A stretch of DNA of 32,000 bases from Mucisphaera calidilacus (GTDB taxonomy: Bacteria > Planctomycetota > Phycisphaerae > Phycisphaerales > Phycisphaeraceae). How positions within the stretch are numbered: the first letter of the stretch is position 1; each line of letters begins with the position of its first letter. Below the pieces are notes generated by a model. It had not been told where the DNA came from. It did not search any database and saw nothing but the letters and a program-made list of their open reading frames with translations. Made by a program: the position numbers and the translations under genes. Positions 23,885-32,000 of the stretch are shown here, piece by piece. The DNA is taken from assembly GCF_007748075.1 (NCBI RefSeq), contig NZ_CP036280.1, positions 2,610,001-2,642,000 of the forward strand. Reading direction: 5' to 3'.

Positions 23885-25213
23885 TCACGGTGCACCCGGC
23901 AACGGCGGGCCGACCCGGCCCGCGTCGCCCAGCTTGGCCTCCTGGGCCGGCACCAGTCGCAACGCCTGATCCGGACGCACCGCCCAGATGTTCTGTACAC
24001 CCGCGGCCGCCCGGTTGGACACGAAGTAGACCTGACCGTCGCTGCCCCAGGTGGGCAGCAGGTTCTCGAAACGGCCGGCGGTCAGACGCGATCGTCCCGA
24101 GCCGTCCGAGGTCATCAGCCAGATGTCGGTCGGGCCGGCGGCCTGCTGGCCCTGCGTGCCGGGATCGACCACCGTGGTGAAGACGATGTGACGGCCGTTG
24201 GGGCTCCAGTCGGGCGTGATCGCCGCGGAGTTGCTGCTCGCCGCCAGTTCCGTCGGGAGGGTCGACTGGCCGTTGACGTACTCGATCACCCAGATACCAA
24301 ACCGCCGGTCGCCACGCTCACGGGCCCGCTGGAAGACGATGCGGTTGTCCACGGGCGACCAGCTCGGGAAGAGGCCCGGGCCCAGGTAGGTCTTGACGCC
24401 CGGGTTGTTGATATCGATGACCGTCAGCTCCCACTCGCCGTTCTGCTCGTTGAAGCTGCTGTAGACCACGAAGCGGCCGTCGGGCGAGAAGGTCGGGTGG
24501 ACCTCTTCGGTCAGCTCGTCGGTCAGGCGGATCGCGGTGCGGGCCCCGATCTCCTTCATGTAGATATCCCACGAGCCGGAGCGGTCGGAGGCGAAGACCA
24601 CCAGTTTGCCGTCCGGGCTGATGTCGGGCATGACGTCGCGCGAGGGGTCCTCGGTCAGGCGTGTCGCCGAGCTGGCGCCGAGCTTCTTGTAGTAGAGGTC
24701 GGGCTGCTCGCTGTGGCGGGTCGACGCGAAGACGACAAACGTGCCCTCCGCGTCGATATCCGGGTCGAAGTCTCCGCCCTCGGTCGTGAAGGTGATCCGC
24801 TGGATGTTGTCGGTCGAGGCGCCCTCGATCTGACGAGCGGAGGTTCCGCCGAATTCGCCGAACAGACGCGAGCTGCTGACGCCACCCTGGGGCGTGCGGT
24901 CCGCGGCCAGCTCCACCGTCGACTTGCCGTAGTCACCCGTGGCCGAGGCCGAGGCCGTGCCCGAGGGACGTGCCGGTCGAGCCTTCGGGGCCTGCTGATC
25001 ATCGAAGCGGGCGATCGTGTCCTGAGAGCGACGGGGGCCCACCGGCTCACGCACCACGCTGCCCGCCTCGCGGTTGCTCTGGGCGTAGGCGGGGTCGTAC
25101 TCCGCGCCGTGGCCGAAACCCAACGCCCCGTTGTAGGACTGGGAACAGCCGCTCACCAGCAACAGGGTGAGAAGGCTGGAGGTCAGGATGGACCAGCGGG
25201 TAAACAAAGTCAT
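23885..25213 (-). CDS. TolB-like WD40/PD40 beta-propeller lipoprotein
   Basis: Lipobox TLLLVSG|C, then a ~120-aa low-complexity linker, then repeated PD40 units (DISPDGKLVVFASDRSGSWDIY, PTFSPDGRFVVYSS, PDWSPNGRHIVFTT, PTWGSDGQVYFVSNR). Start is ATG 25213. Confidence 0.8.
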   Translation of the reverse strand: MTLFTRWSILTSSLLTLLLVSGCSQSYNGALGFGHGAEYDPAYAQSNREAGSVVREPVGPRRSQDTIARFDDQQAPKARPARPSGTASASATGDYGKSTVELAADRTPQGGVSSSRLFGEFGGTSARQIEGASTDNIQRITFTTEGGDFDPDIDAEGTFVVFASTRHSEQPDLYYKKLGASSATRLTEDPSRDVMPDISPDGKLVVFASDRSGSWDIYMKEIGARTAIRLTDELTEEVHPTFSPDGRFVVYSSFNEQNGEWELTVIDINNPGVKTYLGPGLFPSWSPVDNRIVFQRARERGDRRFGIWVIEYVNGQSTLPTELAASSNSAAITPDWSPNGRHIVFTTVVDPGTQGQQAAGPTDIWLMTSDGSGRSRLTAGRFENLLPTWGSDGQVYFVSNRAAAGVQNIWAVRPDQALRLVPAQEAKLGDAGRVGPPLPGAP

Positions 25214-25429
25214 GGTGCTGCCTCGTTCGACGGCGCTCCGGCCGGCCACGTCGGCCCTGCCGCAAGACCGTTATCGGGAGGTCACACGCGACGCAGTCGA
25301 ATCCGACGACACTCTGGCTTATCGGACGACCTGACCCCTACCCTCCACACATCACAGAACAGACAAAGCGGATATCCCGTACCTTCTCAGACCCGACTGA
25401 ACGTCACTCGCGACAGAACACACCATCTC

Positions 25430-25459
25430 GCATCTGCGTGCTTCAGCACCACCAGATGC
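25430..25459 (+). other. stem-loop in the GT2 leader
   Basis: GCATCTG...CAGATGC is a 7-bp outer stem enclosing GTGC-TTCA-GCAC. It ends 26 nt before ATG 25486. Function unknown. Confidence 0.3.
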
Positions 25460-25485
25460 TGTGACATTCTCAGGAATAGCGACCC

Positions 25486-27069
25486 ATGCTCGGACTCGAC
25501 ACCGGCACGACGACCGCGGCACTGATGACGATCTTCCTCGCCATCGTCGCGGTCATCTGCTTCTTCGGCCTGCACCGTTACTGGATGGTCATCCTCTTCG
25601 CCCGCCACGCCAACGAGACGACAAGGCCCTGCGGATGTCTTGAAGAGAACCCGCCCGTGACCGTCCAGATCCCGCTTTACAACGAGGGGGCGGTCGCCGA
25701 GCGCATCATTGAAGCCGCCTGCCGGCTCGAGTACCCGCGCGAGCTGCTGCAGATTCAGGTGCTCGATGACTCGAACGACGGTTCTGAGATCGTCGGCCGC
25801 GCCGCCGTCGAACGCTTCGCGGCCCAGGGCATCAACATCGAGCACATCCAGCGGCCCGAGCGGGTCGGCTTCAAGGCCGGCGCCCTCGACCATGGCATGA
25901 AGAGCGCGACCGGCGAATTCATCGCCATCTTCGACGCCGACTTCGTGCCGCACCCCTCATTTCTACGACGCACGCTGCGCTACTTCGCCGATCCCTCGGT
26001 CGGCGTCGTCCAGACCCGGTGGGCGCACCTCAACCGCAACGCCTCCCTGCTCACCCGAGCCCAGGCCGTCTTCCTCGACGGGCACTTCGTCGTGGAGCAC
26101 ACGGCTCGGTCGCGTGGCGGGGCGTGGATCAATTTCAACGGCACCGCGGGCGTCTGGCGGCGACAGGCCATCACCGACGCGGGCGGCTGGGAGCACGACA
26201 CCCTGACCGAGGACGTCGACCTCTCCTACCGCGCCCAGCTCAAGGGCTGGCGATTCGCTTATCTCCCCGCCGTCACCACCCCCGCCGAACTCCCGCCGAC
26301 CATCACCGCCTTCAAGAATCAGCAGTTCCGCTGGACCAAGGGCTCGATTCAGGTCGCGATCAAGCTGCTGCCGCGCATCTTCCGCGCCGACCTGCCCTTC
26401 CTCGTCAAGCACGAGGCGTTCTTCCACCTCGCCAGCCCGGTCGTCTATCTGTTCATCACCGCCTTCGCGTTGCTCATCTACCCCACGCTCGTGATCGAGA
26501 TCAACCCGCTTGGCAACGCAGCGCTCAGCGGGGCGGTCCTCGGGCTGACCCTCTTCTCGATGGGCACCGCCTCCGCGGCGTTGTTCTACCTCACCTCGCA
26601 AGTCGCCCAGCGACGATCCTTCATCCAGACCGTCGCGCTGGTCCCCGTGCTCATGGCCGTGGGCATCGGCATCTCGCTCTACAACGCGCTCGGCGTGATC
26701 GAGGCGCTCATCGGTCGCCCGTCACCCTTCGTCCGCACCCAGAAGCACGGCAACCAGTCCCACGAACAACGCATCCCCTGGCCAAGCGCTCTCCGCGGCC
26801 TGCGGCTGAGCGATCTGCCCGGCTTCTTCCCGATCATGAACCTGCTCGAACTGTCCATGGGCCTGTACATGATCGCCTGTATCGCCTACATCATCCGCCA
26901 CCCCGAGAATCTGATGGGATTGCCCTTTGTGCTGCTTTTTGCAGCCGGTTACCTGTACGTCGCGCTATCGGGTTTGCGGCTCAACGCTCGCGCGATCCTT
27001 GAAGCCGCCGCGGGTCGCGCACAGGCGGCCACAGAACCCTCCCCCGTCGAGGCGATCGACACACGTTAA
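25486..27069 (+). CDS. family 2 glycosyltransferase, processive beta-glycan synthase type (CslA/cellulose-synthase-like)
   Basis: N-terminal TM segment, then the catalytic motifs VLDDSND, IFDADF, TEDVDLSYR and QQFRWTKG (QxxRW), followed by about 5 C-terminal TM helices. Confidence 0.88.
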   Translation: MLGLDTGTTTAALMTIFLAIVAVICFFGLHRYWMVILFARHANETTRPCGCLEENPPVTVQIPLYNEGAVAERIIEAACRLEYPRELLQIQVLDDSNDGSEIVGRAAVERFAAQGINIEHIQRPERVGFKAGALDHGMKSATGEFIAIFDADFVPHPSFLRRTLRYFADPSVGVVQTRWAHLNRNASLLTRAQAVFLDGHFVVEHTARSRGGAWINFNGTAGVWRRQAITDAGGWEHDTLTEDVDLSYRAQLKGWRFAYLPAVTTPAELPPTITAFKNQQFRWTKGSIQVAIKLLPRIFRADLPFLVKHEAFFHLASPVVYLFITAFALLIYPTLVIEINPLGNAALSGAVLGLTLFSMGTASAALFYLTSQVAQRRSFIQTVALVPVLMAVGIGISLYNALGVIEALIGRPSPFVRTQKHGNQSHEQRIPWPSALRGLRLSDLPGFFPIMNLLELSMGLYMIACIAYIIRHPENLMGLPFVLLFAAGYLYVALSGLRLNARAILEAAAGRAQAATEPSPVEAIDTR

Positions 27070-28283
27070 AGCCGCTTGGGGTCGCGTTCGGCGTCGGTCA
27101 GGTAGCACTGCGGATCCATGCCCATGAAGTCGCCGGTGGCCACCTCGGCACGGGTGCGTAGGTTCCCGTTGCAGACGCCCACGAAGCGACACGCCCTGCA
27201 GCGTTCGGGCAGTCCGGCGGGTCGCTTACGAAGTTGACGCAGGCGTTTGCTGGCCGGATCGCCCCAGACCTCGCCGAACGTCTGCTGGCGGATGTTGCCG
27301 CAGGGGTGATGCCAGGAGAACTGATCGATGAAGACGTCGCCGGTCGGGCCGATCGATGCGATGTGCGCGCCGCTCTGGTTCCCGCCGTTGCGTCGCAGGC
27401 GCTCCCACGCCTCCTCGGCGCGGTCCGGGTCCTCGCGTTCGAGCTGCATGAGCGCGTAGGCCTGATCGCAGTGATTGCCCACCGTCAGCACCTCGATGTC
27501 GATGCCGGCGTCGGTCGCGCGACGCGTCCAGTCGAACACGCGGTCCACGACGGCGCGCGTCTGATCGGGCGTGAGGTCGCACTCGCGCAGCTGCTTGCCA
27601 CGGCCCGCGTAGGCCAGGTGGTAGACGCAGATGCGGTTGATGTTCCGTTCGACGCACAGGTCGAGCAGCGGCTCCATCTCACGCTCGTTCAGCGCGTGCA
27701 CGGTGAAGCGTGCGCCCGTCTTGAGACCCGCATCCTGGCAGCGTCCGATCGCGGCGAGCGCCTTGTCGAACGAGCCGATCTTCCCGCGGAGCCGGTCGTG
27801 GGTCTCGTGCAGGCCGTCGAGTGAAATGCCCACGTACTTGAGGCCCGCGCGCTTGAGCCGCTGGGCCACGTAGTCATCGATCAGCAGCCCGTTGGTCGAG
27901 AGCGTGCAGCTGATACCCAGCGCCACCGCGTGGTCGACCAGAGCCAGCAGGTCGGGACGCACCAGCGGCTCGCCGCCCGAGAGCAGCAGCGCCGGCACGC
28001 CGTAGGCACGCAGGTTCTCGATCAGCGCGAAGCCCTCGAGCGTCGACAGCTCGTTGGGCAGCGGCTTGAGGCCGGCCGCCGCGTAGCAGTGCTTGCACTT
28101 GAGGTTGCAGGCGCCCGTGACGGCCCAGGCGACCACCGGCTTGGGCGCCGTCGGGTACGGGTCCTTCAACTCGGGCTTGAGCAGGCCGTCGCGGTCGTCC
28201 ACCGCCTCGACGTGCTTGTGCCCGTAACGCAGCCGCTCGTTGCCGCTGGTCTTGCCACAGAGAATATTCGTCACACTGAACAT
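27066..28283 (-). CDS. radical SAM/SPASM enzyme, NirJ/AhbC/AhbD-like
   Basis: CX3CX2C cluster motif GACNLKCKHCY, then LLLSGGEPL. NGGNQSGAHIASIGPTGDVFIDQFSWHHPCGNIRQQTFGEVW is typical of the NirJ/Ahb group. SPASM-type C-terminus CRACRFVGVCNGNLRTRA...DPQC. Confidence 0.85.
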   Translation of the reverse strand: MFSVTNILCGKTSGNERLRYGHKHVEAVDDRDGLLKPELKDPYPTAPKPVVAWAVTGACNLKCKHCYAAAGLKPLPNELSTLEGFALIENLRAYGVPALLLSGGEPLVRPDLLALVDHAVALGISCTLSTNGLLIDDYVAQRLKRAGLKYVGISLDGLHETHDRLRGKIGSFDKALAAIGRCQDAGLKTGARFTVHALNEREMEPLLDLCVERNINRICVYHLAYAGRGKQLRECDLTPDQTRAVVDRVFDWTRRATDAGIDIEVLTVGNHCDQAYALMQLEREDPDRAEEAWERLRRNGGNQSGAHIASIGPTGDVFIDQFSWHHPCGNIRQQTFGEVWGDPASKRLRQLRKRPAGLPERCRACRFVGVCNGNLRTRAEVATGDFMGMDPQCYLTDAERDPKRL

Positions 28284-28287
28284 GAAA

Positions 28288-29376
28288 CTACTCCTGAAGT
28301 CCCGGCGTCACCGCGAGCGGCGGGCGATAACCGCAGTCCGGCTCCTCCGCGAGATAGTCGCCCGTGAGCGCAAAGGCCCGGGCACGACTGCCACCACACA
28401 CACGCCGAAAATCACATACGCCACACTTGCCACCCAGACGATCCGGGTCCTGCAACGCCCCGAAGACCTCGTCCTCGTGATAGACCCGCACGACCGAGTC
28501 TGCGGGGAAACGCCCGCGCGTCAGCGGGAGAAAGCCCGAGGGCTGGATCTCGCCGACGTGACTGATGAAGACCACGCCGCGGCCGTCGTTGACGCCGAGC
28601 GTGTTCTTGCCGCCACGCGGCCCCTCGCCGTCCCGCTGGATCACAAAACGCCGGTAGAACGGCGCCTCGGTCGTCTTGATCATGAACGAACGCATCTTCG
28701 ACTGCTCGTGCAGACGCTCGAAGACGTCGCGGTACTGCATCGGCTCGATCCGCTCGAGCACCGAGCCCCGGCCCGTCGGCACGAGGAAGAAGACCGACCA
28801 GCGCCGGATGCCGAGGTTGTCGAGCATCTCGGCCATCGCGTCGATCTGACCGACGTTGTCACGCGTCACGGTGGTGTTGACCTGCGTCGCGACGCCGAGC
28901 GCGTCGGCGTCACGGAGGATGCGGATGGCCCTGTCAAACGTCCCCGGGATCCCACGCAGCCGCCGATGGGTCTCCTCGTCAGCGCCGTCGAGACTCACGG
29001 CCAGCGCCGACATCCCGGCCTCGGCCAGCTCGCGCAGCCGATCCCGAGTCACCCGAGGCGTCGCCGACAACGCCACCGCGGGCCGCAGGCCCACGCCCGC
29101 CGCGTGGCGCACCAGTTCCGGCAGGTCCGAACGTCGCATCGGGTCGCCACCCGTCAGGATCACCTGAGGCGGCTGCTCGAAACCGGCCAGATCATCCAGC
29201 AACGCCAGTGACTGCTCGTGTGACAACTCGTCCTCGCAGGCCAGCGGCTGAGCGCACGCGCGGCAGTGGCGGCACACCAGATCACACGCTCGCGTGACCT
29301 CGTAAAACGCCACCACCGGGCTCCGACAGACATCGTGCCGGAAGGCAGCATGTGAAGCAGCTTGCAAGGGGCACAT
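28288..29376 (-). CDS. radical SAM/SPASM enzyme (NirJ-related)
   Basis: TRACDLVCRHCRA cluster motif, ILTGGDPM, LGVNDGRGVVFISHVGEIQPSGFLP, and SPASM C-terminus CGVCDFRRVCGGSRARAFALTGD...EPDC. Its stop lies 4 nt before the next radical SAM gene. Confidence 0.85.
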   Translation of the reverse strand: MCPLQAASHAAFRHDVCRSPVVAFYEVTRACDLVCRHCRACAQPLACEDELSHEQSLALLDDLAGFEQPPQVILTGGDPMRRSDLPELVRHAAGVGLRPAVALSATPRVTRDRLRELAEAGMSALAVSLDGADEETHRRLRGIPGTFDRAIRILRDADALGVATQVNTTVTRDNVGQIDAMAEMLDNLGIRRWSVFFLVPTGRGSVLERIEPMQYRDVFERLHEQSKMRSFMIKTTEAPFYRRFVIQRDGEGPRGGKNTLGVNDGRGVVFISHVGEIQPSGFLPLTRGRFPADSVVRVYHEDEVFGALQDPDRLGGKCGVCDFRRVCGGSRARAFALTGDYLAEEPDCGYRPPLAVTPGLQE

Positions 29377-29415
29377 CTCCGATTGAACGGGGATAATCAG
29401 ACCTACTGTTCTTTT

Positions 29416-29444
29416 AATATAGGCTGATTCGACCCGTTGGCCAA
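29416..29444 (-). promoter_or_regulatory. sigma70-like promoter of the radical SAM pair
   Basis: Minus strand reads TTGGCC (29444-29439), a 17-nt spacer, then TATATT (29421-29416). The -35 element lies inside the perfect 10-bp palindrome GTTGGCCAAC (29436-29445). Confidence 0.4.
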
Positions 29445-29527
29445 CCCCCTACAGCCCTCAGGCCCGGAAAAACGATAAAAAAAGACGTTGCGGTGCGTTC
29501 AGGCCGCGGATCTGCCCCCAAAGCGAT

Positions 29528-30535
29528 TCACTCCGGATGCTCCGTGCCGGGATCGGCCGGCGTATCTGCCTGATCAGCCGCCCCATCGCCCTCAGCCTCA
29601 TCCCGGTCCGCCGCCTCTTTGGCGTTCTGACGACGCTTGAGACGTCGCTCTGCACGGGTGCGTCCCGCCTCGTCGGGCCAGGCGAAGGCGTCGAGATCCT
29701 CTGCAGATGGCGGTTCCGTCGCGGCCATATCCTCATGCATGGCACGATGTTCCGTGCTCGCGGGCCTGAGCATCAGGTCGCGCAGGTCCTCGCCCTGCTC
29801 GACCAGAAGCTCGCGCTGTCGCACCAGTTCCAGCACGGCGAGGAACAGCCCCACCTGCTCCATGCGGTCGCGTCGCTCGGCGAAGATTTCCCCCAGCCGG
29901 ATCCCGCCCGACGCCGCCCGCGTCACGAGGTCACGCATGTCCTCCATGTGCAGCGAGAGCGGTGTCTCGTCCTCGCCCACGTCGTGGATCGCCTGCCCGC
30001 CGATCGACTCGAGCACCCGCTCGAACGTCGAGGCCAGGGTCAGGATGTCCGCTTCCTCGAGGTCGATCTCGACCGGCTCCGCCTCGGCATCGTCCTTCTT
30101 CACGCGTGCCTTGCGTACCGTCACGCCGAAACGCTTCGACCACGCCTCGGCCCGCTCGGCCAGTTCGCCCGCTGCGTCGCGGTACCGCTTGTAGGCCAGC
30201 AACTGACGGATCAGGTCGCCACGCGGGTCGTCGTTGTCCGCCTCGACCGAACTCTCCGCCTCGCCCTCCTCGTCCGGGAGGGCCGGCACGATCGTCCGGC
30301 TCTTCATCTCGATCAGCGTCGCCGCCACCACCAGAAACTCGCCCGCCCGCTCGACGTCCACGCGGTCGAGGCCCTCGAGCTGCTCGAGGTACTGCTCGGC
30401 CAGCCGGGACATCGAGATGTCGTGCAGGTCCACTTCCTGACGCTTGACCAGGTGCAGCAGCAGGTCCAGCGGTCCGTGGAAGGCGTCGAGGTCCACGCGG
30501 TAGCCGGCGTTGATGTCGGGTGTCGATCGATTCAT
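29528..30535 (-). CDS. scpA: segregation and condensation protein A (kleisin of SMC-ScpAB)
   Basis: YRVDLDAFHGPLDLLLHLVKRQEVDLHDISMSRLAEQYLEQL at the N-terminus. FLAVLELVRQRELLVEQ winged-helix region. A ~75-aa charged tail follows. Confidence 0.85.
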   Translation of the reverse strand: MNRSTPDINAGYRVDLDAFHGPLDLLLHLVKRQEVDLHDISMSRLAEQYLEQLEGLDRVDVERAGEFLVVAATLIEMKSRTIVPALPDEEGEAESSVEADNDDPRGDLIRQLLAYKRYRDAAGELAERAEAWSKRFGVTVRKARVKKDDAEAEPVEIDLEEADILTLASTFERVLESIGGQAIHDVGEDETPLSLHMEDMRDLVTRAASGGIRLGEIFAERRDRMEQVGLFLAVLELVRQRELLVEQGEDLRDLMLRPASTEHRAMHEDMAATEPPSAEDLDAFAWPDEAGRTRAERRLKRRQNAKEAADRDEAEGDGAADQADTPADPGTEHPE

Positions 30536-30578
30536 CCGCTCAGTCTGCCATCATTCCGCCCCACACTCCAGCACGGCC

Positions 30579-31646
30579 ATGCGCAGCGATACCATAGCCG
30601 GCATGCCCAACACGCCCGCACCCGACCCCGCGACCCTCGCCCGCCAGATCCTCGACGCTGAGGCCGCAGCGATTGCCGCCATCCCGCTCGACGACGCCGT
30701 TTTCGCCCGCGCGGTCGAGCTCATCGCCGGGCGGTGCCACACCGGCACATCCTCGCCGGGCGGGTCCCTGGTCGTCTCGGGGCTGGGCAAGTCGGGGCTC
30801 ATCGGGCAGAAGCTCTCCGCCACCTTCGCCTCCACCGGCACGCCCTCGCACTTCCTGCATCCCGCCGAGGCGATGCACGGCGACCTCGGGCGTGTCCGAG
30901 CCTCCGATGTCGTGCTCCTGCTCTCCTACTCCGGCAACACCGACGAGGTCGTCGCGCTGGCCGCCATCCTCAAGCAGGACCGCGTGCCCACGATTGCGCT
31001 CGTCGGGCCGAGCGGCTCCGACCTCCAGCGGCTCTGCGACCTCACGCTCCGCGTCGGCGACGTCGAGGAAGCCTGCCCCAACCGTCTCGCGCCCACCGCC
31101 AGCACCACGGCCACCCTGGCGCTCGGCGACGCGCTCGCCCTCGCCGTCAGCGAGCGACGAGCCTTCTCGCCCGAGGACTTCCACCGCGTTCACCCCGGCG
31201 GCGGGCTCGGTCGACAGCTCATGCCCATCACCGAGGCGCTTCGCTTCACCTGCGGCGCCGAGGGGAATCTGCCCGCGTTCCACCAGACCACGACCCTCGG
31301 CGAAGCGTTCCGCGTTGCCGCTGAGACCGCCACCCGGGCCGGCGTCCGCCGGGCCGGCGCCCTGATCGCCGTCGATGACGAGGGCCGGCTCTCGGGCATC
31401 TTCACCGATGGCGACCTCCGCAGGCTCCTCTCCGAGAAGCCGGGCAGCGACCTGCTCGCCATCCCCCTGCACGAGGTCATGACCCGGGCACCCTCGACAC
31501 TCAACCAGCAGAACAATGTGCGTGACGCGGTCCGCATCATGCGTGAGAAGCGCATCGACGAAATCCCCGTCATCGACGAGGCACGCAAGCCCCTGGGCAT
31601 GATCGACGTGCAGGACCTGGTCGCCCTCAAAGTCATCGAGAACTGA
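30579..31646 (+). CDS. kdsD: arabinose-5-phosphate isomerase (KdsD/KpsF; SIS domain plus two CBS domains)
   Basis: GLGKSGLIGQKLSATFASTGTPSHFLHPAEAMHGDLG, LLSYSGNTDE and HPGGGLGRQL, followed by a CBS pair (GALIAVDDEGRLSGIFTDGDLRR, IPVIDEARKPLGMIDVQDL). Start could be ATG 30579 or 30603. The track start at 30510 would overlap scpA. Confidence 0.85.
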   Translation: MRSDTIAGMPNTPAPDPATLARQILDAEAAAIAAIPLDDAVFARAVELIAGRCHTGTSSPGGSLVVSGLGKSGLIGQKLSATFASTGTPSHFLHPAEAMHGDLGRVRASDVVLLLSYSGNTDEVVALAAILKQDRVPTIALVGPSGSDLQRLCDLTLRVGDVEEACPNRLAPTASTTATLALGDALALAVSERRAFSPEDFHRVHPGGGLGRQLMPITEALRFTCGAEGNLPAFHQTTTLGEAFRVAAETATRAGVRRAGALIAVDDEGRLSGIFTDGDLRRLLSEKPGSDLLAIPLHEVMTRAPSTLNQQNNVRDAVRIMREKRIDEIPVIDEARKPLGMIDVQDLVALKVIEN

Positions 31647-31652
31647 TCGAGG

Positions 31653-31982
31653 TCAGTCCTCTTCCAGCGCCTCGCCCAGCTCCAGCATCAGGCCGCGCAG
31701 CTCCTCGACGGCCTTCTCGTCACCCGACAACTGGGCACGCCGATAGCCCTCGCGCGCCGCATCGACGGCTTCGGTTTCCTCGCCCAGCGAGCTCAGTGCC
31801 CTGGCTTTCTGGAAGTAGGCGTAGAGGTAGTTCCCGTCCAGCGCCAGCGTCCGGTCCAGCCAGATCACCACCTCGGCGGGGTCGTCCGCCTTCTCGTACT
31901 CCATGGCGATCCCGTAGGTCAGAAAGGGATCGGAGGGGTCCATCGCCTGCAGCTTCTTGAGTTGTTCCAGTCGCTCGCTCAT
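31653..31982 (-). CDS. small TPR-like repeat protein
   Basis: A 109-aa helical protein. DPFLTYGIAMEYEKADDPAEVVIWLDRTLALDGNYLYAYFQKARALSSLGEETEAVDAAREGY shows the TPR-like A/Y/L spacing. Confidence 0.55.
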   Translation of the reverse strand: MSERLEQLKKLQAMDPSDPFLTYGIAMEYEKADDPAEVVIWLDRTLALDGNYLYAYFQKARALSSLGEETEAVDAAREGYRRAQLSGDEKAVEELRGLMLELGEALEED

Positions 31983-32000
31983 GCCATCAGACTACCGCCG

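Noticed and set aside
29377-29527. Possible RiPP precursor peptide gene next to the radical SAM/SPASM pair.
   Set aside because: I translated the 151-nt upstream region on both strands and found no ATG/GTG ORF with an RBS. The other side of the pair abuts the convergent GT2 gene with overlapping stops.
1-32000. tRNA genes, rRNA fragments, CRISPR arrays or other spaced direct-repeat arrays.
   Set aside because: The only GGTTCGA-type T-arm-like strings (for example near 285, 1228 and 10741) lie inside well-supported coding regions. No intergenic gap exceeds 283 nt. No regularly spaced direct repeats were seen.

Overview
This is a densely coding, high-GC bacterial chromosome segment with about 31 protein genes. 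I recognised no rRNA, tRNA, CRISPR array, transposase or phage gene. The content is mainly cell-envelope and housekeeping. In order: a partial methyltransferase; an RluA-type pseudouridine synthase; a NagB/PIG-L fusion; and an operon of a secreted GHL10-like enzyme (CBM-like module, dockerin-like repeats, PEP-CTERM anchor) with a lipoprotein cytochrome c and a TIM-barrel sugar isomerase. Then two tandem prepilin-type (G|FTLIELLVV) pseudopilin-like genes; gcvH-lipoprotein-AGCS symporter-DUF368-galE; mreBCD; and a TM/coiled-coil protein followed by a 47-aa membrane peptide that is below the ORF-track cutoff. Then a HEAT-repeat protein coupled to lnt; a XerC-like recombinase; a TolB-like beta-propeller lipoprotein with a CsgG/LpoB/TolB-N-like lipoprotein; a processive GT2 synthase; two tandem NirJ/Ahb-like radical SAM/SPASM enzymes; scpA; kdsD/kpsF; and a small TPR protein. 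The pseudopilin N-termini, the PEP-CTERM plus dockerin architecture, five lipobox proteins and the GC content suggest a PVC-superphylum organism (Planctomycetota, Phycisphaerae-like). That assignment is inference only. I found no clear-cut novel system such as a defence island. The least explained modules are: (i) the coiled-coil protein plus micro-ORF upstream of mreBCD; (ii) the pseudopilin cassettes with conserved ends and diverged middles; (iii) the orphan radical SAM/SPASM pair; and (iv) the TolB-like/LpoB-like/small-protein trio. All calls rest on by-eye motif recognition; no searches were run. The many long ORFs antisense to these genes are treated as high-GC artefacts.
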